Positions 26,254 through 36,997 of a DNA stretch of 41,801 bases are shown here, one piece after another. How positions within the stretch are numbered: the first letter of the stretch is position 1; every line of letters begins with the position of its first letter. A model generated the notes under the pieces. It was not told the DNA's origin, ran no database searches, and worked only from the letters and a program-made list of their open reading frames with translations. The translations under genes were made by a program, and so were the position numbers. Source of the stretch: Candidatus Cloacimonadota bacterium (GTDB lineage: Bacteria > Cloacimonadota > Cloacimonadia > Cloacimonadales > WRIO01); assembly GCA_029564175.1 (NCBI GenBank), contig JAKQQL010000493.1, positions 1 to 41,801 of the forward strand, read 5' to 3'.

Positions 26254-28026
26254 ATGGCTAAGATAAAGAGAATCCCTTATGGAAAATCAGACTTTGAATA
26301 TGTAAATTATCATAACGATTACTATGTTGATAAAAGCATGTTTATTCCTGACGTGGAAAAAACACCTTATATTTTTCTGATTCGTCCGCGCCGATTTGGT
26401 AAATCATTATTCCTGACTACACTTCATGCGTATTATGATATTAAATACAAAAACCGTTTTAATGAATTATTTCACGATACCTGGATACTTGAGCATCCGA
26501 CCGAAGAAAGAGGAAAGTATATGGTGCTCTATTTCAATTTCTCGGCTATCTTGAAAGAAAAAGAGAAGATTCAGGAAGATTTTAACCGGTATTGTTTACT
26601 TGAATTAGACACTTTTGTAAAAAAATATAAAGATTATATCCCTGAAGAAGTATTGATTGAACTGGATAAATCTTTTCTTGCTCATGAAAAACTTCATATT
26701 TTAGCCAGTAAGCTACGCGAAACAGATTACAAAATCTACCTTCTCATTGATGAATACGACAATTTTACCAATACACTGTTAACTGATTTTGGTGAACAGG
26801 AATACAAAAAAATCACGAGGCAGGCGGGTTATTTCAAACAGTTTTTTACCAATCTGAAAATGCTGACCTCAGGGATAGGCTCCGGACTGGCAAGGCTTTT
26901 TATTACCGGTGTCTCTCCTGTTACCATGGATGATGTAACCAGTGGTTTTAATATTGGGGATAATATTACTAATTCTGTTACCTTTAATTCAATACTTGGT
27001 TTTACAGAAAAGGATGTCAATGATATACTGGACTACTATATTTCAGTTGGAGAACTTAAAATTGATAAGACAAAAGCTCTGGAAGTTATGAAGAAATGGT
27101 ATGATCATTATATTTTTTCATTTGATAGTGATAATTCTGTTTACAACTCTGATGCTGTATTATATTTTATTAAAGAAGCTACAGATTCACAAAAAATTCC
27201 AAGAAATCTCATTGATGACAATCTTCGTATGGATTATGGTAAACTCAGGTATCTGATCATCATGGATAAAAAACTCAATGGCAACTTTGAAAGCTTATCC
27301 AAAATTGCCGATGATGGCGGGATTGCTTCTGATATTGTGAGCAGTTTCCCATTTGACCGTATTACTGATCCGGATAATTTTATCTCTTTGCTCTACTATT
27401 TTGGTTTACTGACCCATTCCGGCAGAACCATCAAAGGCAGACCCTGGCTGGTAATCCCCAATGAGAGTATTCGTCGGATGATTTTTGAATATATCAGAGA
27501 GTCTGTCTATTATGCCTATCATTTCTCATTTGATATATTGAAACTCAAGGATAATCTGGCAGATATGGCTTATACAGGGGAATTCAAACCAGTCTTCTAT
27601 TTTATCGAATCACTCATCAAGGCGCAGACCAAACTCAGAGATTATATGGACAATGAAAAAGTTGTCAAAGCTTTTTATCTGGCATATATGAATATCTATG
27701 ATTACTACATTGCAGCTTCAGAAGAGGAAATGAATAAAGGCTATGCCGATATGATCCTCAAACCTTTTGTTGCACGTTATCCGGATATGGAATATGCCTG
27801 GCTGATTGAATTTAAGTATATACCCCGCAGTGTTAAAGATAAAGCACTCGAAAAAGAAGTCGCTACAAAGATTGCAGATGCACAAAAACAGCTGAGTCAG
27901 TATGCCAATGATGAGTTTGCCTGCAAGATGCTGGCATTGCCTCCTTACGGCAATATCAAACTCAAAAAAGTGATTATTGTATTCCACGGTTGGGAACTGG
28001 CTTATTGTGAAGAATACGCTGAATAA
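26254..28026 (+). CDS. AAA-ATPase-like protein with C-terminal PD-(D/E)XK nuclease domain (family distinct from 123-3373)
   Basis: IPYG, YYVDKS, RPRRFGKS, LLIDEYD, FITGVS; C-terminal SEEE..GYADM..IEFK..QLSQY; AAGGAG RBS. Confidence 0.88.
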   Translation: MAKIKRIPYGKSDFEYVNYHNDYYVDKSMFIPDVEKTPYIFLIRPRRFGKSLFLTTLHAYYDIKYKNRFNELFHDTWILEHPTEERGKYMVLYFNFSAILKEKEKIQEDFNRYCLLELDTFVKKYKDYIPEEVLIELDKSFLAHEKLHILASKLRETDYKIYLLIDEYDNFTNTLLTDFGEQEYKKITRQAGYFKQFFTNLKMLTSGIGSGLARLFITGVSPVTMDDVTSGFNIGDNITNSVTFNSILGFTEKDVNDILDYYISVGELKIDKTKALEVMKKWYDHYIFSFDSDNSVYNSDAVLYFIKEATDSQKIPRNLIDDNLRMDYGKLRYLIIMDKKLNGNFESLSKIADDGGIASDIVSSFPFDRITDPDNFISLLYYFGLLTHSGRTIKGRPWLVIPNESIRRMIFEYIRESVYYAYHFSFDILKLKDNLADMAYTGEFKPVFYFIESLIKAQTKLRDYMDNEKVVKAFYLAYMNIYDYYIAASEEEMNKGYADMILKPFVARYPDMEYAWLIEFKYIPRSVKDKALEKEVATKIADAQKQLSQYANDEFACKMLALPPYGNIKLKKVIIVFHGWELAYCEEYAE

Positions 28027-28091
28027 TTGTGAATGATAAATAGTGAATTATGAGTAGTTCAAACAGTATAACAAGGAAGAGTAACTTTTTC

Positions 28092-28143
28092 TGCAAGCAG
28101 GATGCTCACAGTATGATATGCACAAACAGGATGCTTGCGTTAC
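28092..28143. repeat. REP-like units (GCAAGCAGGATGCT family)
   Basis: Two degenerate copies; related to 34378-34468 and 19399-19450. Confidence 0.6.
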
Positions 28144-28165
28144 ATCTAAACATAAAGGAGATAGA

Positions 28166-30664
28166 ATGTCATCTATACTGACGTATTTAAAAGATCATAT
28201 ACTTGTCTTTGATGGGGCTATGGGTACCATGATTCAGAGATATAAATTATCAAGAGAAGATTTTCAAGGTTTTGAATGTAATGATTATCTGAGTGTTGTA
28301 AAGCCGGAAATTATAAAAGATATACATCGACAGTATCTTCAGGTAGGCGCACAGATTATAGAAACCAATACATTTAACTCTTCATTGGCTTCTTTAAAAG
28401 AATATAAACTGGAAGATAAACTTATTGAGATTAACAGATCAGCAGTCAGACTGGCGAAAGAAGTGATTAAAGAATTTTCTACGACAGAAAGACCTTGTTT
28501 TATATCAGGTTCTGTTGGACCTGGTACTAAACTACCTTCACTGGGTCATAATCATTTTGATGAGATCGTGGATAGTTATTATCTGCAGATTTTAACTTTA
28601 GCAGAAGAAGGTGTCGATATTCTTCAGATTGAAACCAATCAGGATCCTCTTCATATTAAAGCAGTTTTATATACCTGCTACAAGGTTTTTGATGAGTTAA
28701 AATGTAAACTACCCATTATTGTTCAGGCAACTATTCAGGATAATGGTCAGATGCTTGTAGGGACAGATGTTTTAGCCTATCTGCATACCTTTTCCACTAT
28801 GCCGGTAGATGTCATTGGCATTAATTGCGGAACGGGGCCTCATTACATGGAATCTTATATCAAAACCCTTTCTGAAAATAGTAATAAAATGATTTCTTTG
28901 TTACCAAATGCTGGTCTTCCTATAGTTAAAGACGGGGAATTAACTTATGATCTGACTGCTCAGGAGTTTGCTCAGATTACTGCCAGTTTGGTTAAAAAAT
29001 ACAATATCAGAATGGTGGGCGGATGCTGTGGTACTAATCCGGATTTTATTAAAGCCTTAGCTGATGAAATTGTAAAAATTGAGTTATCTGATAAAAATAC
29101 TTCCTACGAAAACCACCTGACTTCTCTATTTTCTGCTCAGACGATCAATGTACAACCCAAACCGCTGATTATAGGTGAGAGAGCTAATACAAACGGTAGT
29201 AAAAAGTTTAAGACTCTACTTGAAGAGGAAAAATGGGAAGAAATGCTTGAAATTTGCCGTTCACAGCAGGAAGAAGGAGCTCATGTTCTGGATATCTGTT
29301 TGACCCATCTAAATCGTAATGAGATAAAAGACGTACAGACTTTTTACCCTATGCTGAACAATTCCGTACAGATACCCTTGATGATTGACAGTACTTCTGT
29401 TAAAACTGTAGAAACAGCTTTGAAATATATTGCGGGTAAACCGATTATCAATTCCTGTAATTTTGAAGAAGGTGATGATAAAGTCACAGAGTATCTGGAA
29501 ATTGCCAAAAGACTTAATGCAACTCTAATCTGTCTGGCAATTGATGAAAGCGGTATGGCGAAGGATTTTGAGCATAAGAAGGCTATACTAAACCGTTTTA
29601 TGGCATTAGCTGAAAAGATTGGCGTACCAAAGCAAAATCTTTTTTTTGACTGCCTGACCTTTTCTCTGGCAACCGGCGAGGAAAGTTATCGTGATGCCGG
29701 TATTGAATCTATCCGAATGATTGAATATATAGAAAAAAATGAGCCTTTGGTCAATTCACTGATGGGTGTTAGTAACGTGTCCTTTGGTTTAAAACCAAAA
29801 GTCAGAAAGTATTTAAACTCAGTATTTCTGGCTGAATGTGTAAAACACGGGCTGGATGCTGCGATTGTTGATGCATCCAAAATTTTACCGGTTCATGACA
29901 TTGATCAGAACATTTTAACTTATTGCCTGGATCTGATTTATAATCGTAGAAATGATGACAGAGATCCTTTAATTTTACTGGCAGAATGCAGTGTCGAAAA
30001 CAAAGAGAACAACATTGCTGAAAATACGCTGCCTTTTGCTGTTCAAATGGAAAATAAAGTGATAAAAGGGAGTCTGACCGAACTGGATGTGATTATTCAA
30101 AATCTGCTAGAAGAAATGGATGCTCTGGCGATCATTAATTGTATATTAATTCCTTCCATGCAAAAAGTAGGCGTTCTCTTTGAAAGTGGTAAACTGCAAT
30201 TGCCTTTTGTGCTTAAATCAGCCGAAGTAATGAAAAAATCTGTTGAGATGCTCAAACCATATATGCCAGAAAATAGTGGAAAAGAAAATAAATCAATGCT
30301 TCTTGCTACGGTTAAAGGGGATGTGCATGACATTGGTAAAAATCTGGTTCAGATTATTTTGGAAAACAATGGTTACCGTATTATTGATATTGGTGTAAAA
30401 CAAAGTCCCCAGCAGATTAAACAGGCGATTGAAGAACATAAACCTCAGTCTTTGGGTTTGAGTGCGCTTTTAATCAAATCCACTTACTATATGAAAGAAA
30501 CACTTGAATATCTTCAGCAGGCTGGTATTGATATTCCGGTTATCTGTGGAGGCGCTGCGCTTAATGAAGAGTTTGTAAAAAAAGAACTGCAAAGCGTCTA
30601 TAAGGGTAAAGTGGTGTTTGGAAGGGATGCTTTTTCTGGACTAGATTTTATGAAGAATATGTAA
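28166..30664 (+). CDS. metH: Cobalamin-dependent methionine synthase lacking the C-terminal reactivation domain
   Basis: FDGAMGT, INCG, GGCCGT (Hcy/Zn), IIGERAN (pterin), cap domain, GDVHDIGKN (B12); ends after the B12 domain; AAGGAG RBS. Confidence 0.9.
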   Translation: MSSILTYLKDHILVFDGAMGTMIQRYKLSREDFQGFECNDYLSVVKPEIIKDIHRQYLQVGAQIIETNTFNSSLASLKEYKLEDKLIEINRSAVRLAKEVIKEFSTTERPCFISGSVGPGTKLPSLGHNHFDEIVDSYYLQILTLAEEGVDILQIETNQDPLHIKAVLYTCYKVFDELKCKLPIIVQATIQDNGQMLVGTDVLAYLHTFSTMPVDVIGINCGTGPHYMESYIKTLSENSNKMISLLPNAGLPIVKDGELTYDLTAQEFAQITASLVKKYNIRMVGGCCGTNPDFIKALADEIVKIELSDKNTSYENHLTSLFSAQTINVQPKPLIIGERANTNGSKKFKTLLEEEKWEEMLEICRSQQEEGAHVLDICLTHLNRNEIKDVQTFYPMLNNSVQIPLMIDSTSVKTVETALKYIAGKPIINSCNFEEGDDKVTEYLEIAKRLNATLICLAIDESGMAKDFEHKKAILNRFMALAEKIGVPKQNLFFDCLTFSLATGEESYRDAGIESIRMIEYIEKNEPLVNSLMGVSNVSFGLKPKVRKYLNSVFLAECVKHGLDAAIVDASKILPVHDIDQNILTYCLDLIYNRRNDDRDPLILLAECSVENKENNIAENTLPFAVQMENKVIKGSLTELDVIIQNLLEEMDALAIINCILIPSMQKVGVLFESGKLQLPFVLKSAEVMKKSVEMLKPYMPENSGKENKSMLLATVKGDVHDIGKNLVQIILENNGYRIIDIGVKQSPQQIKQAIEEHKPQSLGLSALLIKSTYYMKETLEYLQQAGIDIPVICGGAALNEEFVKKELQSVYKGKVVFGRDAFSGLDFMKNM

Positions 30665-30676
30665 TAAATCAACTAT

Positions 30677-30734
30677 TACGTACTGTGAACTACGTGCTTT
30701 TTAAAAAGCATTGTTAAATAGTTTACAGTACGTA
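30677..30734. terminator. Hairpin downstream of metH (terminator or repeat remnant)
   Basis: TACGTACTGTGAACTA / TAGTTTACAGTACGTA 15/16 inverted repeat with inner TGCTTTTTAAAAAGCA palindrome; no U-tract. Confidence 0.45.
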
Positions 30735-30847
30735 TTGGATTTACATTCTACACAAGCTCAGAAAAAAAATACAATCAACCTACAGAGAGCTGTTTTATAA
30801 ATTTATAATAGAATCGTTACAAATCGAAAATTTTTCAAAGAAATACT

Positions 30848-30875
30848 TTGACATTTTTACAAGAAAAATCAAAAT
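30848..30875 (+). promoter_or_regulatory. Sigma70-type promoter of dnaE
   Basis: TTGACA-N16-CAAAAT. Confidence 0.55.
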
Positions 30876-30897
30876 GTTAAAAAAATAACAGAAGGTT

Positions 30898-33800
30898 ATG
30901 CTAATGGCTTTTATTCACCTTCATAATCACACACAGTACAGTGTGTTAGATGGCGCTTGTCAGACTTCCAAAATGCTTGAGCTGGCTTCAAAATATGGTA
31001 TGCCGGCAGTTGCAATGACTGATCACGGAAATATGTTCGGAACAGTTGATTTTTCCAATGCTGCAAAAAAATATGGAATCAAACCGATTTTTGGGATGGA
31101 AGCATACGTTGTTAATCATGATTATGACCATCCTGAATCTAAAAAAGATGAAAAGTATCATCTGGTCTTACTGGTTAAAAATGAAATTGGATACAAGAAC
31201 CTGATGAAGCTTTCTACGTACAGCTATACTCAGGGTTTTTACTATAAACCGCGTGTTTCAAAAAATATATTACGTCAATATTCAGAAGGGTTGATCTGTT
31301 TATCAGCCTGCATTCACGGCGAGATTCCCTGGCTTTTGCTAAAAAACAGAAATGAAGAAGCGGCAAAGGCACTGGAGTTTTATAAAGATTTATTCAGAGA
31401 GGATTTTTATATTGAAATCCAGGATCATGAGATCGAAGATGAAAAAATCGTCATGCCAAAACTGATTCAACTGGCTGAAAGCACCAATACGCCAATGGTA
31501 GCGACCAACGACTGTCATTATCTGCTCAGAGAACACTCCAAAGCACATGATGTTTTACTCTGTATTCAGATGAACAAAACCCTGGCTGACCCTAACCGGA
31601 TGAAGTATTCCCCTCATCTCTACTTTAAAACAGAAGAAGAAATGCGGGCAATTTTTCCAAATCATCAGCAGGCTTTTGACAATACAATGGAAATTAATGA
31701 TAAAATTGATTTCAAACTCAATTATGATAAATTTCTCTTGCCCAAGATTGATATTCCAGACAAATTCAATAATCAATCTGAATATCTGAGAGATTTATGT
31801 TATTCAGCAGCTCCGGTGCGTTATCCGGAAGTTACTCAGGTGATTCGTGACCGAATAGATTATGAGTTGTCAGTCATTGGCAAAATGGGCTTTGACGGTT
31901 ACTTTTTAGTAGTAAAAGACTTTATTGATGCAGCACGCAGACGTGATGTACCGGTCGGTCCGGGTCGTGGTTCAGCAGCAGGCAGTATTATCGCCTATCT
32001 TTTGGGGATCACACAGCTTGATCCTTTGAAATACAATCTATTTTTTGAACGTTTCCTCAATCCAGATCGTGTCAGTATGCCCGATATTGATATTGACTTT
32101 TGTGCAGAAGGTCGTAGCAAGGTCATTGATTATGTCATTGAAAAGTATGGGCGAGAATCTGTAACTCAAATTATTACATACGGAACACTAGGAGCCAAAT
32201 CTGTAATCAAAGACGTGGCAAGAGTAATGGAAGTATTGCCTGCAGATTCTAATAAAATCACTAAAGTCATGCCATCAACACCTGGTATTACGCTGAAAAA
32301 ATGTTTGGATGAGTCTCCTGAATTTAAGAAAATGATGGAATCAAATGAATTATATGCTTCGATTCTCGATTACAGTATGGTGATAGAAGGTCTGATCCGT
32401 CAAATCGGTATTCATGCTGCAGGTGTTGTGATAGGGCCAGGTGATCTGAGTGATTATATTCCATTGGCAATCAGTAATCAGAAAGATGGCGATCCGGTAG
32501 TATTGGTACAGTATGAAGGCAAATGGCTAGATGATCTTAAACTCTTGAAAATGGACTTTTTAGGTCTGAAAACACTGACAATTATTAAACATACGCTCGC
32601 CTTAATTAAGAAATATAAGAAAATTGACATAGATATTGAAAATGTTGACCTGCATGATCAAAAAGCCTATGAACTGCTGGCCAATGGTTTAACTGATGGT
32701 ATTTTCCAGTTTGAATCCGATGGTATGAAGAAATATCTGATTGAATTGAAACCCAATCAGTTTGAAGATCTAATCGCAATGGTAGCACTTTACCGACCTG
32801 GTCCAATGCAGTTTATCCCCAACTATATTCGCAGAAAACACGGAGTGGAAGCTGTTTCTTATGAGCATCCGCTGATGGAAAACACGCTGAAAGAAACTTA
32901 CGGCGTTACAGTCTATCAGGAACAGGTGATGCAGTTGTCACGTGAGCTGGGCGGTTTTACCGGTGGTGAAGCAGATGGTCTGCGTAAAGCAATTGGTAAG
33001 AAAAAACTGGACATGATGGAGAAGCAAAAAGGCAAATTCATGGAAGGAGCCAAGAGTAAAGGTATTTCTGAAGATGTTATAGAAAGTATATGGGCAGGCT
33101 GGGTCAATTTTGCCAGCTATGCATTTAATAAAAGTCATGCTGCCTGCTATGCTTTCGTTGCGTATCAGACTGCCTATTTAAAAGCACACTATCCGGTTGA
33201 ATACATGACAGCCCTGCTTTCTCTGGAAGAGAATCCGGATAAAATTCCCCAGTTTATTCATGTGGCAAAGAAGATGGGAATTGATGTGTTGCCCCCTTCA
33301 GTCAATTACTCCGAAGCAGAATTTACCATCCATGAAAATAAGATCATGTTTGGTTTACAGGCAATCAAGAATGTAGGTTCTGCTGCAGTGTCATCAATAA
33401 TCAGAGAAAGAAATGAAAACGGACTGTATAAAAATATCTTTGAACTGACTGAAAGAGTTGATTCTCAATCTGTTAATAAAGCAGTACTAGAAAGCCTGAT
33501 TTATGCCGGAGCTATGGATGAACTGGAAGGCAGTCGTGAACAGAAAATAGCCTCTATTGAAAAAGCAATGAATTGTGCAACGGAAGTGCAAAACAATAAG
33601 AAAAAAGGACAAATTACACTCTTTGATTTCTTCGAACCGGAAGAGAAATTGAGTTGTAATGCTGAACTGGTTCAGGCAACAGATTGGTCTCATATTCAAA
33701 AACTGGAGTTTGAAAAAAGTGTGCTTGGATTCTTTCTATCAGGCCATCCGCTTTCTGAAGACAAGTATCTGATTGATTTATTTACTAATGTAAATTCCAA

Positions 33801-34359
33801 AACAGTGGCTGATCCGGAGCAAGAAATCGTTGGTCAAATTCAGATTATAGGTATTGTTGCTAATATTATACAGAAGAAAGATAAAAAGGGAAATCCTTTT
33901 GCCATTGTTGTTCTGGAAGATTTGTATGGAAAATTCGAAATATCTTTATTCTCAGGCGATTATGCTAAGCTTATGCCTTTGATCAGTGAAGGCGCAAAAT
34001 TATATATTGTAGGTTCTCAAAACATGTACAATAGCAACGGAAATGATGAAATGCTAAGAATTAGACCTTCAATGATTTTCACATTAGATCAACTCAAAGA
34101 AAAACTAATGGGAGAAATCGTGCTAAATATTGAGGAAAAATATGCTGATCCGGTTCAGGCAGAGTTCTTAAACACATTTGCCAAAGAATCACCGGGGCAA
34201 TTCGAACTGATCATTAAAGTAAAAACAGAACGTTTTAACACCCTCTGTCTAAAACCACAAAGTTTAAAAATATTCCCTAATCATCATTTTTACAAACACT
34301 TTAAACATCAGACTGACAGCAATATTCAGGTAAGAATGGAAGTTGCAAATGGCAGTTAA
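30898..34359 (+). CDS. dnaE: DNA polymerase III alpha subunit
   Basis: PHP HLHNH.YS.LDG, GPGRGSAAGS, FERFLNPDR.SMPDIDIDF, KMDFLGL, YAFNKSH. Confidence 0.97.
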   Translation: MLMAFIHLHNHTQYSVLDGACQTSKMLELASKYGMPAVAMTDHGNMFGTVDFSNAAKKYGIKPIFGMEAYVVNHDYDHPESKKDEKYHLVLLVKNEIGYKNLMKLSTYSYTQGFYYKPRVSKNILRQYSEGLICLSACIHGEIPWLLLKNRNEEAAKALEFYKDLFREDFYIEIQDHEIEDEKIVMPKLIQLAESTNTPMVATNDCHYLLREHSKAHDVLLCIQMNKTLADPNRMKYSPHLYFKTEEEMRAIFPNHQQAFDNTMEINDKIDFKLNYDKFLLPKIDIPDKFNNQSEYLRDLCYSAAPVRYPEVTQVIRDRIDYELSVIGKMGFDGYFLVVKDFIDAARRRDVPVGPGRGSAAGSIIAYLLGITQLDPLKYNLFFERFLNPDRVSMPDIDIDFCAEGRSKVIDYVIEKYGRESVTQIITYGTLGAKSVIKDVARVMEVLPADSNKITKVMPSTPGITLKKCLDESPEFKKMMESNELYASILDYSMVIEGLIRQIGIHAAGVVIGPGDLSDYIPLAISNQKDGDPVVLVQYEGKWLDDLKLLKMDFLGLKTLTIIKHTLALIKKYKKIDIDIENVDLHDQKAYELLANGLTDGIFQFESDGMKKYLIELKPNQFEDLIAMVALYRPGPMQFIPNYIRRKHGVEAVSYEHPLMENTLKETYGVTVYQEQVMQLSRELGGFTGGEADGLRKAIGKKKLDMMEKQKGKFMEGAKSKGISEDVIESIWAGWVNFASYAFNKSHAACYAFVAYQTAYLKAHYPVEYMTALLSLEENPDKIPQFIHVAKKMGIDVLPPSVNYSEAEFTIHENKIMFGLQAIKNVGSAAVSSIIRERNENGLYKNIFELTERVDSQSVNKAVLESLIYAGAMDELEGSREQKIASIEKAMNCATEVQNNKKKGQITLFDFFEPEEKLSCNAELVQATDWSHIQKLEFEKSVLGFFLSGHPLSEDKYLIDLFTNVNSKTVADPEQEIVGQIQIIGIVANIIQKKDKKGNPFAIVVLEDLYGKFEISLFSGDYAKLMPLISEGAKLYIVGSQNMYNSNGNDEMLRIRPSMIFTLDQLKEKLMGEIVLNIEEKYADPVQAEFLNTFAKESPGQFELIIKVKTERFNTLCLKPQSLKIFPNHHFYKHFKHQTDSNIQVRMEVANGS

Positions 34360-35563
34360 GAAAAAAAACAGCCATTCGTACCGCAAGCATCAAAACCCGT
34401 ACTACAAGCAGAATGCTGACAGTATGGAGCAATTTTTTTCTGCAAGCAGGATGCTTGCAGTACGGTACAAGCTCTTATTTTTACTTCTTTTCTGCTCAGT
34501 GACCGCTTCATTACTCAATGCACAGCAGATATTTGTAGAACGAATTGGTGAAAGAAATCTCTTATCTATCGTTGTTTCATCAGATGAATTGCTTCATAAT
34601 AAAAACATAGAACATGAAATGACAATCCAGGCAATATTAAGCAGAAATAACAAACTGATTCATCGTCATATCGATCTGATAAGAGTTTATCCGCTCAAAC
34701 ATGATCATCAAAACTTTCTGTATCAATATTTCAACGAAGCAGAACCAGGCATGTATGATTTAACCATTCGTTTAAATAATCGTACCTTAGGCAGTAAAAT
34801 GGAAGAAAAATTTTCTATTAACATCCCTAAGGAAAAAGCATTTACCAGTAATGCCTATCTGACATATCTGAATAATAAAAATCTCTTTATCCCTTCTAAT
34901 AGCAAATGGCAAAATTATGCAGAATCACTAATGTTATATTTTTATACAGATAGCAAACCTGAACAAGTCACGCTTGTTTTGCAAAATAAACAGAAAATCA
35001 GTATTCCCCCTTCAGACTATATCGCATTTCCTCTTCCAGACTCGATGCTTCACAAGAATTTCAATAATGCGTATGTAGAATGTATTTTTAAGAATAAACA
35101 AGTGAATAAACGCTTTGAGCTTTATTCAGCTAAAAAAATAATTTTCAGTAAATACGATTTGGATGATCAGCTCTTACAGTTACGTTATATCCTGACTCAA
35201 AATGAATATGAATACATGCGGAAAGTCCCTAAGAAATCTCTTGAAGATGCGATAAAACAGTACTGGGAGAGTAAAGATCCGACACCAGACACCCCTGAAA
35301 ATGAATACCAGGAGCTTGTTTACAGCCGAATTATTGAAGCAGATAACCGTTACTCCATTCGCGGTTTTAAGCCTGGCTGGAAAACAGATTTTGGTATGAT
35401 ATATATAAAATATGGAGACCCTGATGAAATACAGAAAGAAAACTTTCCGGTAGGTAAATATCCGGTCGTTATCTGGACTTATCGTTCATTAGACAGAGTA
35501 TTTTACTTTGATGACAAGAAAGGATTTGGTTATTATGAACTCAGAAACCACACAGACTTTTAA
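34349..35563 (+). CDS. Secreted GWxTD-domain protein (start uncertain)
   Basis: Signal-peptide h-region LLFLLLF..LLNA; W...DPTP.TPENE, GWKTDFG.IYIKYG.P. Confidence 0.8.
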   Translation: MAVKKKNSHSYRKHQNPYYKQNADSMEQFFSASRMLAVRYKLLFLLLFCSVTASLLNAQQIFVERIGERNLLSIVVSSDELLHNKNIEHEMTIQAILSRNNKLIHRHIDLIRVYPLKHDHQNFLYQYFNEAEPGMYDLTIRLNNRTLGSKMEEKFSINIPKEKAFTSNAYLTYLNNKNLFIPSNSKWQNYAESLMLYFYTDSKPEQVTLVLQNKQKISIPPSDYIAFPLPDSMLHKNFNNAYVECIFKNKQVNKRFELYSAKKIIFSKYDLDDQLLQLRYILTQNEYEYMRKVPKKSLEDAIKQYWESKDPTPDTPENEYQELVYSRIIEADNRYSIRGFKPGWKTDFGMIYIKYGDPDEIQKENFPVGKYPVVIWTYRSLDRVFYFDDKKGFGYYELRNHTDF

Positions 35564-36941
35564 GAAATATGTGTTAGTCTTTTTTGCCCTGACCCTCATA
35601 TTTTCATGTTATGCCGTTAATTTTAATGCCTCATTAAATCGTTTTTTAAATGAGAAGAATGAAACTGTTTTCGAAATTAATTACAAGATTTTTAATGACC
35701 AGTTAAAATTTATTAAGACTGAGCAGGGCTATGTAGCCAGCCTGGATGTCAGTTTCAATTTACTCAAAGACGGAAAAGTTGTTTTGAATAAGGATTTTCC
35801 AAATTATATTGGAGCAAAAACAGATGCGTCTGCAGCTTCTTCCACTTTCTATACCATTGATAAAATCAGTCTGACTCTAACACGTGATGATCTCGTGGCA
35901 GAGCTGGTCATTTCAGATAGAAATACGAAACAAAGCAGTAAGAAAACGTTTGAATTAAAGACCTTAGATAAAAAAGCAATGGTAAGTGATCTGGAAGTTT
36001 CACAGAATATTAAGTCTGATAAGTCTAATACACTGGAAAAATTCCACAGAGGTGATTTGTTGTTCTATGTTGATCCTGTGCCAATTTTTACTAATATCCA
36101 GGATAGTCTCTATCTCTATTATGAAATTTATAATATTTCAGAAAGCGCAGATTCAACACATTATTTCTCAGAAGAAATCAGTATATCAAAGGCTGATTCT
36201 GTTTTTTATCAATATGATAATTCTATTAATGTAAGAGAGTTGCCATTTCAGACTTTTAAAACCATACCTATAAAAAATCTGGAAGAAGGTTATTATCAAC
36301 TGAATCTGACAATTAGCGATCTGAAAACTCAAACTAAAAGCAGTTCAACTACTCATTTCTCAATGAAAAAACCCCATGTCAATATTACCCGAATATTTGA
36401 TGATGATGAAAGCGAATTTGCTTTAATTAGCTATTTCTTAAGTACAAAAGAAAAGAAACAGTGGAAAAAACTCAATGAAAACGGGCGTAAAAACTTTATT
36501 GATCGTTTCTGGAAGTCAAAAGATCCGACTCCTAACGATAATCAGAACGAATTCATCAACGAAATCAAAAAAAGAATGGATTATACCAACTGGAAATACT
36601 CTCATTTTGATAAAGGCTGGACAACTGATTTAGGACGTATCTATATCAAAAATGGTGAGCCAGACGAAAAAATAGAAAAAACAACCGGACTGGGTGCTAA
36701 GTATTCTAAAAAAGACTATCAAATCTGGAAGTACAACTATGGTTCCAGAATTTATATGTTTATGGATATGTTTAACTCAGGCAGATATCGTCTGATTTAT
36801 TCTAAAAATGACCTGAATGAAAAAACAGATCCAAACTGGCGAACTTTCTTTGAAAAAGACTGGGATGATAGTCTGGTGGATGAATCTGATACTTCATCCG
36901 GTTCCTCTTCTTCAAGTCTTGAAGACGGCTGGAAAAGATAA
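35535..36941 (+). CDS. Secreted GWxTD-domain protein
   Basis: Signal peptide; FWKSKDPTP..NEF, GWTTDLGRIYIKNG.P. Confidence 0.82.
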   Translation: MNSETTQTFKKYVLVFFALTLIFSCYAVNFNASLNRFLNEKNETVFEINYKIFNDQLKFIKTEQGYVASLDVSFNLLKDGKVVLNKDFPNYIGAKTDASAASSTFYTIDKISLTLTRDDLVAELVISDRNTKQSSKKTFELKTLDKKAMVSDLEVSQNIKSDKSNTLEKFHRGDLLFYVDPVPIFTNIQDSLYLYYEIYNISESADSTHYFSEEISISKADSVFYQYDNSINVRELPFQTFKTIPIKNLEEGYYQLNLTISDLKTQTKSSSTTHFSMKKPHVNITRIFDDDESEFALISYFLSTKEKKQWKKLNENGRKNFIDRFWKSKDPTPNDNQNEFINEIKKRMDYTNWKYSHFDKGWTTDLGRIYIKNGEPDEKIEKTTGLGAKYSKKDYQIWKYNYGSRIYMFMDMFNSGRYRLIYSKNDLNEKTDPNWRTFFEKDWDDSLVDESDTSSGSSSSSLEDGWKR

Positions 36942-36954
36942 CATAGTAAATTTC

Positions 36955-36985
36955 AAAAAAAGGCGTGGTTATCCACGCCTTTTTT
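36955..36985. terminator. Bidirectional intrinsic terminator
   Basis: AAAAAAAGGCGTGG-TTAT-CCACGCCTTTTTT between convergent genes. Confidence 0.88.
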
Positions 36986-36997
36986 CGTTTGATAATG

